The notes beneath the pieces were generated by a model that was not told the origin of the DNA, did no database searches, and worked only from the letters and a program-made list of their open reading frames with translations. A stretch of 62,655 nt of DNA, the filler included. It is 4 parts of 4 records of this genome, joined end to end, with 100 filler letters (N's around TTAATTAATTAA, not from the genome) between each part and the next. Parts side by side here need not be neighbours in the genome. Positions count along the whole stretch, not along the records: positions 12,381 to 35,782 come from SRR20825006_1316; 3 more parts are not named here. One strand, 5' to 3'. The translations under genes were made by a program, and so were the position numbers. Shown piece by piece: positions 20,228 through 29,599 of this stretch (position 1 is its first letter; each line of letters opens with the position of its first letter).

Positions 20228-20956
20228 TTATGTTTTATTGGAAGCATCAATCGTGACAGTATTTGGGGAGTCTATATGATTAGTTGGACTCTCGCTAAGC
20301 TTTAGCGAAGCCAAATAAAAGAAGTACATGCTGAACGCTAATATGGTGTGGGCAATATCGAGATGGTTAAACCATACACCAAAAGAGACTTTGTAGGTAA
20401 AAATGAAAGCGGATAACGAAGTAAAGCAGATAGTAAATACCATCAACTTGCTTCCCTCATTACCTGTTTTTGTAAAAAGCACTATATGAAGGGGCATAAC
20501 CAGAGCCAAAAACCCAAAAATGGAGTGAATTTGTACAAAATTAAAGTCAACGGTGCGAATGGTTAAGCCTGCGAAAATGAGCAATGCTATGAAATTCACA
20601 AGCTTAAAGATGAGGATGAACTTTTTATTAAAGAACGGCTTGGCATATAATAAAGAAGCATGGCTTATCAAAAAGATGGAAATCATCCCAAAAAGCCAGC
20701 CCAAAAGCTTCCATGGTGTCCCAAAGATGTGCTGAAAAGCGTGGCCAAAAGTGCCGCCAAAGAAAGTAGCGAGGGCCATGAAAATGAAATAGTACCGAAA
20801 ATACTGAGTCACTTTTTTGTCAGTAGAAACCTTTTTTAAATGAATATATGCAAAGATACAAACTGCGGTGATTAAGAAATTGGTAAGCATCACCATCGGT
20901 TCCATAATGGTAAAACCGAATAAATTGATAGAAGGTTGCCCTGAAAGAGATTGCAT
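20228..20956 (-). CDS. 7-TM membrane protein with conserved His residues (DUF6962/CREST-like)
   Basis: EP...TN, GGTFGH and WFNHLDIAH motifs. Confidence 0.6.
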   Translation of the reverse strand: MQSLSGQPSINLFGFTIMEPMVMLTNFLITAVCIFAYIHLKKVSTDKKVTQYFRYYFIFMALATFFGGTFGHAFQHIFGTPWKLLGWLFGMISIFLISHASLLYAKPFFNKKFILIFKLVNFIALLIFAGLTIRTVDFNFVQIHSIFGFLALVMPLHIVLFTKTGNEGSKLMVFTICFTSLSAFIFTYKVSFGVWFNHLDIAHTILAFSMYFFYLASLKLSESPTNHIDSPNTVTIDASNKT

Positions 20957-21081
20957 TGGTAGTGAGGTTTGCCTAGAAGGCGCTGTAACAACTATATGGA
21001 TAAATAATCTTTCACTAAGGAGTTAGCATTTCAAGTAGCGTTACGAAAGAAATCAGGCTTGAAGTACTATGTGTGTAAAAT

Positions 21082-21108
21082 AAGCTCCTACACAAAGTAT
21101 AGGAGCTT
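21082..21108 (-). terminator. Intrinsic terminator after metK
   Basis: AAGCTCCTA/TAGGAGCTT stem followed by a T-rich run on the minus strand. Confidence 0.65.
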
Positions 21109-21122
21109 TAAATCGAAGTGAA

Positions 21123-22247
21123 TTAGTGGAGTTTATCCACAAAATCTAATTTCTCCCAAGGGAATTCGTCACGACCAAAATGGCCATAAGCAGCTGTTTG
21201 CTTATAAATAGGACGTTTAAGGTCAAAACGGTCAATGATTCCTTTTGGAGTACAATCAAAAGTTTTTTCAACTAAAGTAGCGAGTTCTAAATCGCTAACT
21301 TTTCCAGTTCCATAACTGTTCACATTAATAGAAACAGGTTCTGCAACGCCAATAGCATATGCAAGTTGAACAAGAACTTCGTCGGCAAAGCCAGCGGCTA
21401 CTAAGTTTTTCGCAATATGACGAGTAGCATATGCAGCACTACGATCTACTTTTGAAGGATCTTTACCAGAAAAAGCGCCACCGCCATGAGCACCAAAACC
21501 ACCGTAAGTATCAACAATAATTTTACGCCCAGTTAAACCCGTATCGCCGTGAGGTCCACCAATTACAAATTTACCTGTAGGATTGATATGGTAAAGAGTG
21601 TCGGCATCAATAAGCTCAGCAGGAATAATGTTGCTAATGAGATGTTTTTTAATGTCTGCATGAATTTGAGTTTGCTCAACTCCCTCATCATGTTGAGTAG
21701 AAAGAACAATAGTATGAATGCGCTTTGGAGACCCGTCATCATTGTATTCAATAGTTACCTGGCTTTTACTATCAGGCCCGAGGTAAGGCATCAACTCGGT
21801 AGTTTTTCTTATTCGCGCTAATTCTTTCAGTAAGTTATGAGAGAATTGAAGCGGCATAGGCATGTATTCTGGTGTTTGAGTGGTAGCAAAACCAAACATC
21901 ATTCCTTGATCGCCAGCGCCTTCTCGATCTACACCTTGTGCAATATCAGGACTCTGTTTATGAATTGTTGAAAGAACACCACAACTATCAGCATCAAAGC
22001 GGTAAGAAGCTTTAGTGTAACCAATTTCTTGAATTACATCGCGAACTATATCTTGAACATCAACATAAGCATCGGTTGTAACCTCTCCAGAAACTACGGC
22101 TAAACCAGTTGTAACTAGGGTTTCTACCGCTACGCGGGAATTTGGATCTTGGCCAATTAAAGAATCGAGAATTGCATCTGAAATTTGATCGGCTACTTTA
22201 TCCGGATGGCCTTCAGATACAGATTCAGAAGTAAAAAGTTTTTTCAT
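21123..22247 (-). CDS. metK: S-adenosylmethionine synthetase
   Basis: [19 protein letters not shown] and GGGAFSGKD signatures. Confidence 0.98.
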   Translation of the reverse strand: MKKLFTSESVSEGHPDKVADQISDAILDSLIGQDPNSRVAVETLVTTGLAVVSGEVTTDAYVDVQDIVRDVIQEIGYTKASYRFDADSCGVLSTIHKQSPDIAQGVDREGAGDQGMMFGFATTQTPEYMPMPLQFSHNLLKELARIRKTTELMPYLGPDSKSQVTIEYNDDGSPKRIHTIVLSTQHDEGVEQTQIHADIKKHLISNIIPAELIDADTLYHINPTGKFVIGGPHGDTGLTGRKIIVDTYGGFGAHGGGAFSGKDPSKVDRSAAYATRHIAKNLVAAGFADEVLVQLAYAIGVAEPVSINVNSYGTGKVSDLELATLVEKTFDCTPKGIIDRFDLKRPIYKQTAAYGHFGRDEFPWEKLDFVDKLH

Positions 22248-22329
22248 TATTTATAAAAGTCTTAAGGTAAGGTTCCTTGGGTTAGGTTTGATGAATACCG
22301 AATTTAAAAAGAAAAGAGGAGAAATATGG

Positions 22330-23346
22330 CTAAGAATTGAATAAGTCTTGCCCAGAATTTTTGGGCTCTATGCCTAGGTAATTATAAGCTTTTGGTGTTA
22401 CAATACGACCTTTCGGGGTGCGTTGTAAAAAACCTTCTTTAATAAGATATGGCTCATACACTTCCTCAATAGTGCCTTTATCTTCACCTACTGCAACGCC
22501 AAGAGTACTTAGACCAACAGGTCCACCAGCGTAGTTTTCAATTATAGCTCGAAGCATGCGCACATCCATTTCATCTAATCCGTTAGAATCTACATCAAGA
22601 GCATTCAAAGCTTTATCGGCAATTTTTTTATCAATTGATGAAAGGCCTTCAACCTGTGCGAAATCTCGAGTTCTACGGAGTAACTTATTAACGATACGAG
22701 GAGTTCCCCTGCTTCTACTGGCAATTTCGTACGCCCCTTCGTCGGTTATTCCAAAGTTCATAATGTTGGCCGAGCGCAAAGCGATGAGTTGCAAAAGCTC
22801 GACATCGTAATAATCTAAGCGCATGTCTATACCAAACCTTGCGCGCAATGGCGCGGTTAGCATTCCCTTTCGTGTGGTTGCGCCAACAAGTGTAAATCGG
22901 TTTAAATCAATTTGAATACTTCGTGCATTTGGTCCTGAATCAATCACTATATCGAGTTTAAAATCCTCCATAGCAGAATATAAATACTCTTCTATAACAG
23001 GATTTAGACGATGGATTTCATCAATAAAAAGCACATCTCCTTCCTCAAGGTTAGTGAGCATACCAGCTAAATCACCAGGTTTCTCTAGAACGGGTCCCGT
23101 AGTTGGACGTATGTTAACGCCCATTTCCTCAGCTATAATGTAAGAAAGAGTGGTTTTTCCTAAACCCGGAGGGCCAGAAAGAATAACGTGGTCTAGTGCG
23201 TCTCCCCGTTGTTTTGCAGCTTTAATAAAAATACTCAGGTTCGAAATGGCTTTTTGTTGGCCAATAAACTCTTCCATTCTCGAAGGGCGAACGGTTTGCT
23301 CGAAAACGTCTTCTTTTTGAGTAGGATTTAGAAGTGGATTTTGCAC
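22330..23346 (-). CDS. ruvB: Holliday junction branch-migration helicase RuvB
   Basis: [23 protein letters not shown] and RTPKGR motifs. Confidence 0.98.
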   Translation of the reverse strand: MQNPLLNPTQKEDVFEQTVRPSRMEEFIGQQKAISNLSIFIKAAKQRGDALDHVILSGPPGLGKTTLSYIIAEEMGVNIRPTTGPVLEKPGDLAGMLTNLEEGDVLFIDEIHRLNPVIEEYLYSAMEDFKLDIVIDSGPNARSIQIDLNRFTLVGATTRKGMLTAPLRARFGIDMRLDYYDVELLQLIALRSANIMNFGITDEGAYEIASRSRGTPRIVNKLLRRTRDFAQVEGLSSIDKKIADKALNALDVDSNGLDEMDVRMLRAIIENYAGGPVGLSTLGVAVGEDKGTIEEVYEPYLIKEGFLQRTPKGRIVTPKAYNYLGIEPKNSGQDLFNS

Positions 23347-23434
23347 TATTTTTGAGCTGTATTTGTTTTCACTAACTTTATATAATTATACTTAGTTTTC
23401 AAGCGAAATGCGTATGCAACTTTACCCTTTTTAG

Positions 23435-25681
23435 ATGAAATATGTATCCTTCTCACCAGATGATCTAGAATACGATCCTGTGGTGGAGCAAAAAAAGCAA
23501 AAAGGCAAGAAAGCCTCCAACGAAAAAAAGAATGAAATTCTGAAGGAAAAAGGAATGCATAAAGATTTGAGTTCAAGTAGCCTAAAAATTTTCGGGGCAG
23601 ATTATTTTTTTAATTACGAGCTAAGCTGGCTAAAATTTAATGAAAGAGTGTTGGCTGAGGCCATGAACGACAAGAACAAACTGCTAGAGCGTGTTAAATT
23701 TATTGGTATAGTTTGCTCTAATCTCGACGAGTTTTTCCAGAAGCGAGTAGGTGGACTTAAAAGACAGCAATTGGCGGGCGTAAAAACATTATCTGTTGAT
23801 GGCATGATGCCTTCAGACCAGCTGAAAACGATTCGTTTTGAAGTCATGAAAATGATTGAAGCTTATAGAGGATGCTTTTTTGATCAACTATTGCCAAAGC
23901 TTGCAGAGAAAGGAATTCATATAAAAAAGTATAATGAGCTAGCAGAAACCCAGCAAAAAATTAGTGATCGATTCTTTTTAAAGCAGATTTACCCCATAAT
24001 AACGCCACTAGCTGTAGATGAGTCTCATCCCTTTCCGTTTATATCAAATCAAAGTTTATCGTTTGCGGTTGAGTTAAGAGACCCTAAAACGAAAGAAAAA
24101 TTCTTTTCTAGAATCAAAATACCTTCTAATCGCCCACGATTTATCCAAGTTCATAGAAGAGGGAATAAAGTAATTGTTATTCCCATAGAGGATTTAATCT
24201 TAAATAAGATATCGCAGTTTTTTACGGGAATGGAAGTTATTTCTGCGCATATGTTTAGAGTTACCAGAAATGCCTCGCTTGATCGGAATGAGGAAGAAGC
24301 AGACGACCTGCTAGAAACCATTGAAGACGAACTTCGAGAAAGAAAATTTGCAAAAATAGTCCGTTTAGAACTTGATGCAAAGATGCCTAAACACATCAAG
24401 AAGTATCTGATTAAAAACCTGAAGATTAATTGGAATGATGTGTATGAAATGAACGGAACTATTGGCTTGGTAGATGCGCTCCAAATCTCACAACTAACAG
24501 GCTTTGTTCGATTAAAAAGTAGAAATTGGCAGCCGGTACTTCACCCAGCACTTCATCATGCGTTAGATGAAGAAATGCCAAATATGTTTGAGGTGATTAG
24601 AAAAGGCGACTTTATGGTTCATCACCCGTACCACAGTTTTGAGCTATCAACTCAACGATTTATTGAAGAAGCTGCTCGTGATCCTAAAGTGTTGGCGATT
24701 AAGCAAACCTTATATCGAACCTCAAAAGATTCGCCTATAATGCACTCTCTAATGGAGGCGGCAGAAGAAGGCAAACAGGTCGCGGTTTTGGTAGAAATAA
24801 CCGCACGTTTTGATGAGCAGCGAAATATAAACTGGGCGCAGAAGCTTGAGAACTGTGGAGTTCATGTAGCTTATGGTATGCCAGGATTAAAAATTCACAC
24901 AAAAGTTACAATGGTTGTTCGTGAAGAGGAAGATGGCCTTCGAACTTACTGCCATATTGGAACTGGAAACTATCATCCTGATACCGCGCAGTTGTATGAA
25001 GATTTAGGCCTGTTTACATGTGATGAAGTAATAAGCTCTGATGTGACTGATATTTTCAATCTGCTAACAGGTTATGCACCCGAGCAGACATTTGATAAGC
25101 TTTTAGTAGCTCCAAAGCACTTGAGGAAACAAACGACAAGACTTATTGACCAAGAAATTGAAGAAGCTAAATTAGGTAAACCCGCTAGAATCATAGCGAA
25201 AATGAATAGTTTAGAAGACCCACTTATTATACAAAAACTATACGAAGCATCTTCGGCAGGTGTTAAAGTTGACTTGATAGTTCGCGGAGTTTGTAGGTTA
25301 ATTCCGGGTAGAGAAGGTTTGAGCGAGAATATTTCGGTTCATTCTGTAATTGGCCGTTTCTTAGAACATTCACGCATTTTCTACTTCAATAGCGGTGGAC
25401 AGCATCAGTATTGTATTGGGTCTGCCGACTGGATGCATAGAAACTTAGATGCACGTGTGGAAGCGGTAACGCCAATTACAGAGCCAAAGCTTAAAAAGTA
25501 TCTTCAGTTTGTACTAAATCTTTATTTGAGAGATAATACACAGCGATGGTTGCTAAACAGCGAGGGCGAGTACAATAGGGTTGTACGGAATAAGAAAGAA
25601 CCTAAGATATCCACACATAAAGCATTGATGAATCACATGAGGGCTTCGGCAAATCCGATACCCATGGAAGATGAATATTAA
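23435..25681 (+). CDS. ppk1: Polyphosphate kinase 1
   Basis: ELSWLKFNERVL, NLDEFF, HPFPFIS, HHPYHSF, KQTLYRTS, GRFLEHSR and SADWM motifs. Confidence 0.97.
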   Translation: MKYVSFSPDDLEYDPVVEQKKQKGKKASNEKKNEILKEKGMHKDLSSSSLKIFGADYFFNYELSWLKFNERVLAEAMNDKNKLLERVKFIGIVCSNLDEFFQKRVGGLKRQQLAGVKTLSVDGMMPSDQLKTIRFEVMKMIEAYRGCFFDQLLPKLAEKGIHIKKYNELAETQQKISDRFFLKQIYPIITPLAVDESHPFPFISNQSLSFAVELRDPKTKEKFFSRIKIPSNRPRFIQVHRRGNKVIVIPIEDLILNKISQFFTGMEVISAHMFRVTRNASLDRNEEEADDLLETIEDELRERKFAKIVRLELDAKMPKHIKKYLIKNLKINWNDVYEMNGTIGLVDALQISQLTGFVRLKSRNWQPVLHPALHHALDEEMPNMFEVIRKGDFMVHHPYHSFELSTQRFIEEAARDPKVLAIKQTLYRTSKDSPIMHSLMEAAEEGKQVAVLVEITARFDEQRNINWAQKLENCGVHVAYGMPGLKIHTKVTMVVREEEDGLRTYCHIGTGNYHPDTAQLYEDLGLFTCDEVISSDVTDIFNLLTGYAPEQTFDKLLVAPKHLRKQTTRLIDQEIEEAKLGKPARIIAKMNSLEDPLIIQKLYEASSAGVKVDLIVRGVCRLIPGREGLSENISVHSVIGRFLEHSRIFYFNSGGQHQYCIGSADWMHRNLDARVEAVTPITEPKLKKYLQFVLNLYLRDNTQRWLLNSEGEYNRVVRNKKEPKISTHKALMNHMRASANPIPMEDEY

Positions 25682-25693
25682 ACAGACAGAGTT

Positions 25694-26494
25694 TTAATTC
25701 TCTGTCTGTTCTTCAAAATTTTCGTAATCAATTTTTCCGAGGTCATAATTTAATTTTTGATACAAGCGAAATGACTGAGTCCGGAAAACACCATTTTGGA
25801 TATATGCTTCTCCGGCAGCTTTAAGAGCTTTTTCTAACTCATTGGTGTTTATATAGGCATTTGCAAGAAACCATTGTGCTTTCTCGGTAAGCATTCGATT
25901 GTCTTCTATACGAGAAAGAGCTTCATTAAAAGAAACCACAGCATTCGGATAATCTCCACTATTGTATAAGATTATTCCACGATTTAAATAAGCCTTAGAT
26001 GCATAAGGCACCTGCTGATATTGCTCTATAATGGAATCAAAGATTTTTAACGCCTTCTGATTGTTACCCGTGTAAGCCGCTTGAAACCCGAGATTGAGTA
26101 AAGAATCTGCAGATGAAATGCCTAAAGCTGAAGAGCGCAATGCATCCGAAGTTTCAATCTGATCAGGACTGATGCCTTTTAGAACGAATTGGCTAAGCTC
26201 AGTGGGGGTTGGCGTTCTAAACAATTGAAGTAAAGCCACTAAAGCAATTACAGCAGCAGCGGCTGTATGCCAAGCCCAGTTAGGCAAGGTGTGAAGAGTA
26301 GCCTTTTTTTTAGATGAAGAAATTTCTTGCCCTGTTAATAACGCTTTAACTCCTACTTCAAGTTCTAAATCATCAAGTAGTGCAGGATTCTTAGCAACTT
26401 CATTCCAAAGCTCTTGAATATCTGTTTCCCCTAATTGCCCTTTTACATAGGCATCAATTTTTTCCCGCAAATTCAACGTTTTGTCGTTTTCCAT
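25694..26494 (-). CDS. Putative anti-sigma factor: cytoplasmic helical domain, one TM, extracytoplasmic TPRs
   Basis: Directly downstream of the ECF sigma; IDAYVKGQL...F/W..E...NPAL pattern; TM WAWHTAAAAVIALVALLQLF; TPR helices (AYLNRG, AQWFLANAY). Confidence 0.7.
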   Translation of the reverse strand: MENDKTLNLREKIDAYVKGQLGETDIQELWNEVAKNPALLDDLELEVGVKALLTGQEISSSKKKATLHTLPNWAWHTAAAAVIALVALLQLFRTPTPTELSQFVLKGISPDQIETSDALRSSALGISSADSLLNLGFQAAYTGNNQKALKIFDSIIEQYQQVPYASKAYLNRGIILYNSGDYPNAVVSFNEALSRIEDNRMLTEKAQWFLANAYINTNELEKALKAAGEAYIQNGVFRTQSFRLYQKLNYDLGKIDYENFEEQTEN

Positions 26495-26513
26495 GTATTT
26501 ATATAATTTTCAT

Positions 26514-26540
26514 ATCAGAATGTATTAAATACATTCTGAT
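26514..26540. repeat. Perfect 13-bp inverted repeat between sigma and anti-sigma genes
   Basis: ATCAGAATGTATT-A-AATACATTCTGAT. Confidence 0.85.
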
Positions 26541-26544
26541 TATG

Positions 26545-26573
26545 TAAGACCCTTTCAACATTAACTCCTTACA
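26545..26573 (-). promoter_or_regulatory. Putative ECF promoter for the anti-sigma gene
   Basis: TGTAAG-N16-GGTCTTA immediately after the sigma stop codon. Confidence 0.4.
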
Positions 26574-27119
26574 CTAAAGGTTAATATTTTTTTGGACGCA
26601 CTCTTTTAGAATCTGTAGAATACGATGTTTTTTTGTCCAGGCATTGCTCACTGATATATTAAAGTAATCGGCTACAACGATAGCCTCATCTCCAGGGTGC
26701 TCAAACCAATACGAAATATATTCAAGATAATTAGTTTTTAGCGCATTAAGGCAATGATTAAGAATATCTTGCCGCTCTTGGTTTAATAAATTATTTAGTT
26801 GATCGGGCTCTTTAGCATGGAAGTCTGGAATATTTTCGTAATTGCTTTCTTTATTCTTAGAAAGAAGCTTAAAATAATCGTTCTTGGCGGTAGTAAATAG
26901 ATAGTAAATTATAGAATCGGGATTATTGAGCTTCTCCGCTTTAATTTTCTTAATAACGAGTAGTAATGTATTCTGAACACAATCTTCTGCGTCTTCCTGC
27001 GAAGCATTCATTCGAACTCGCAAAAACTTTATAAGTACACGAGTTATAACAATAGACTGCTCGTTGAGCTCTTTCGTATCATTTTCATGTATCGCTTTTA
27101 CAAATTGTGAATAATCCAT
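26574..27119 (-). CDS. ECF-type RNA polymerase sigma-70 factor
   Basis: 181 aa; region 2 (DAEDCVQNT, YLFTTAKN) and region 4 HTH (VADYFNISVSNAWTKKHR..LKEC). Confidence 0.85.
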   Translation of the reverse strand: MDYSQFVKAIHENDTKELNEQSIVITRVLIKFLRVRMNASQEDAEDCVQNTLLLVIKKIKAEKLNNPDSIIYYLFTTAKNDYFKLLSKNKESNYENIPDFHAKEPDQLNNLLNQERQDILNHCLNALKTNYLEYISYWFEHPGDEAIVVADYFNISVSNAWTKKHRILQILKECVQKNINL

Positions 27120-27205
27120 AAGGTGATGTTTATGATTGATTAAGATAATGATGATTAGAGAAAATAAAAGTAAGAATTTAATCTTCTAAGCACTTAATTT
27201 TAGCT

Positions 27206-27946
27206 ATGTACCGTGTTCAACTGAAAAATTTTGAAGGCCCATTAGATTTACTGCTTTTCTTTATTAAGAGAGACGAGTTAGAGATCTATGACATACCTAT
27301 TTCTTACATTACAGGGCAGTACCTAGAGTATATGCATTTAATGGAAGAGCTGGACCTAGAAATAGCGAGTGAATTCATTTTAATGGCAAGTATGCTAATG
27401 GCCATAAAAGCTAAAATGATGCTCCCTCGTGAAAATGATGATTTTTTAGAACTTGATGAGTCGGACCCTCGTTACGAACTTGTGCAAAGCCTTTTAGAGT
27501 ATAAGAGGTACAAAGAGATGTCGGTGAAAATGGCCGATATTGACGAAGAGGCAAGAAAAAGATACTTACGAGGCTATCCCGAAGCAGACAATGTGGAGCA
27601 ACAAGCTACAGGTGAAGCTCTAAAAGATGTCACGTTGTTTGATTTAATATCTGCATTTAGAAAAGTATTAACAGATATAGAACGGAGCAAAGTTGTTCAT
27701 CGAGTTTCGAAAGTAGAAACAACGATTGAAGAACAAGTTGTGTTCGTACTAGATGAACTCGCAAAAAATGGGAGACAGTCCTTTAAAGAAATATGCCAAA
27801 GCATTACAAACAGAGTTGTAATAGTGGTAACTTTTCTGGCGATTTTAGAGATGATTAAAGAGCAACAAATAAATTTATTTATCGAAGAAGCACCAACCGA
27901 TTTTTTCATAGCATTAAAACCGGTTAGTGAAATAGTAGGCATTTAA
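27206..27946 (+). CDS. scpA: Segregation/condensation protein A (kleisin)
   Basis: FEGPLDLLL, IKAKMMLP and VTFLAILE motifs. Confidence 0.95.
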   Translation: MYRVQLKNFEGPLDLLLFFIKRDELEIYDIPISYITGQYLEYMHLMEELDLEIASEFILMASMLMAIKAKMMLPRENDDFLELDESDPRYELVQSLLEYKRYKEMSVKMADIDEEARKRYLRGYPEADNVEQQATGEALKDVTLFDLISAFRKVLTDIERSKVVHRVSKVETTIEEQVVFVLDELAKNGRQSFKEICQSITNRVVIVVTFLAILEMIKEQQINLFIEEAPTDFFIALKPVSEIVGI

Positions 27947-27966
27947 CCAAAATATAGAATTCAATA

Positions 27967-29598
27967 ATGAAACAAATACTTATCGTGGGGCTTTTTGTAA
28001 GCCTTATAGCATGTAGTGGCTCCCAGAAAGCTGCCCAGATTCCCGAAGCTAATATTCTAGACTTTGTGGAAACAATTACAACCGAGGGATTAAAAGCAGA
28101 TTTATCCGTTCTCGCTCACGACTCTTTAGAAGGTCGTGACACAGGAAGCAAAGGCTTAGAAAAAGCTGCTAAATATTTAACTGGTAGATATAAAGCATTA
28201 GGTTTAACACCAGTAGGCGACAATAACACCTATGAACAGCACTTTGATGTTACCACACCTATTACAAATAGCTACGAATACCTACTAAAAGATGCGAACG
28301 GTGCAATTATTGACCATTCTAAACTTACCAAAACCGAAACAGGTAATTTCTCGACTATATTTGGTGGCTCAGATAATGTTTCCGGTGATATCGTATTTGT
28401 AGGCTTGGGTATCTCAGATAAAGAAACTGGTGTAAACCAGATTCCAGAAGATATAGCTGGTAAGTGGCTTATGATGTTTTCTGTTCAAGGCGTTACTAAT
28501 ACTAGAGCATTACAGCAACAAATGGCTAAAGACGGCGCCGCTGGTGTAATACTAATTTATACAGATGGTGTAGAAGAGTTCGAGAAAGCTGTTACATCTA
28601 AGCAATCTTCTTTGGGAAGCAGAGGCAGAATGTCGCTTGCTTATATGCAATCTGATGAAAAAAAGGCTCCTCAGCAAGCTTGGGAGAGAATACATCCAGA
28701 GCTAGCAGTAAAGCTACTTGGTTTAGAAACCTCTACACAACTAGCCGAGCTTTCAGCAAGTATCCAAGAAGCACCAACTACTTTTGAGGCAAAAGCACTT
28801 AACTTCAGCCTAGAGCATAAAGTTGATGCTGAAATTGCAACCGTAACTACAAGTAACATGGTTGCATTTTTAGAAGGTAGCGATCCAAAACTGAAAGACG
28901 AAGTTGTAGTGTTAAGCTCGCATTATGATCACGTAGGTATTGGCCGCCCAGATTCTACTGGAGACACTATTTATAACGGTGCTGATGATGACGGAAGTGG
29001 AACAACAGGTGTTTTAAACACTGCACAAGCAATGATTGCCGCTAAAAATGCAGGAGCAGGCCCAAGAAGAAGTGTTCTTTTTTTACATGTAGCAGGTGAA
29101 GAAAAAGGTCTTCTTGGCTCAAGGTATTACTCAGACCACCCAATTTATTCTGTTGAAAACACCGTTGCTAATATTAATGTTGATATGATTGGCCGTGTTG
29201 ATAAAGAGCATGAAGACAACAAAGATTTTATTTATGTGATTGGTGGGGAAATTATCTCATCTGGACTTGATAGCCTCTTACAAGCAGCAAATACAGCTAG
29301 CGTAAATATTGATTTAAGTAAAAGATATAATGACTTAAACGATCCGAATCAGTTTTATAGAAGAAGTGATCACTGGAATTTTGGACGTCTTGGAATACCA
29401 TTTATTTTCTTCTTTAATGGTGTGCATGCAGATTACCACCGACCTTCTGATCAAATAGAAAATATCGAATGGGGTCCATTAACAAAGCGGACCAAATTAC
29501 TTTATGTAACTACTGCAATGATTGCAAACTCTGATGAACGACCTGTAGTTGATAATCAAGAGTTTATCGAAAAAACAAAAAGCCAATCACGTAATTAA
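27967..29598 (+). CDS. M28 family aminopeptidase lipoprotein with PA insert
   Basis: LIAC lipobox; SHYDH, GADDDGSG, GEEKGLLGS, NVDMIG, RSDH and DYH motifs. Confidence 0.93.
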   Translation: MKQILIVGLFVSLIACSGSQKAAQIPEANILDFVETITTEGLKADLSVLAHDSLEGRDTGSKGLEKAAKYLTGRYKALGLTPVGDNNTYEQHFDVTTPITNSYEYLLKDANGAIIDHSKLTKTETGNFSTIFGGSDNVSGDIVFVGLGISDKETGVNQIPEDIAGKWLMMFSVQGVTNTRALQQQMAKDGAAGVILIYTDGVEEFEKAVTSKQSSLGSRGRMSLAYMQSDEKKAPQQAWERIHPELAVKLLGLETSTQLAELSASIQEAPTTFEAKALNFSLEHKVDAEIATVTTSNMVAFLEGSDPKLKDEVVVLSSHYDHVGIGRPDSTGDTIYNGADDDGSGTTGVLNTAQAMIAAKNAGAGPRRSVLFLHVAGEEKGLLGSRYYSDHPIYSVENTVANINVDMIGRVDKEHEDNKDFIYVIGGEIISSGLDSLLQAANTASVNIDLSKRYNDLNDPNQFYRRSDHWNFGRLGIPFIFFFNGVHADYHRPSDQIENIEWGPLTKRTKLLYVTTAMIANSDERPVVDNQEFIEKTKSQSRN

Positions 29599-29599
29599 G

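Noticed and set aside
22248-22329. SAM riboswitch upstream of metK
   Set aside because: The 82-nt gap shows no recognisable SAM-I or SAM-II core
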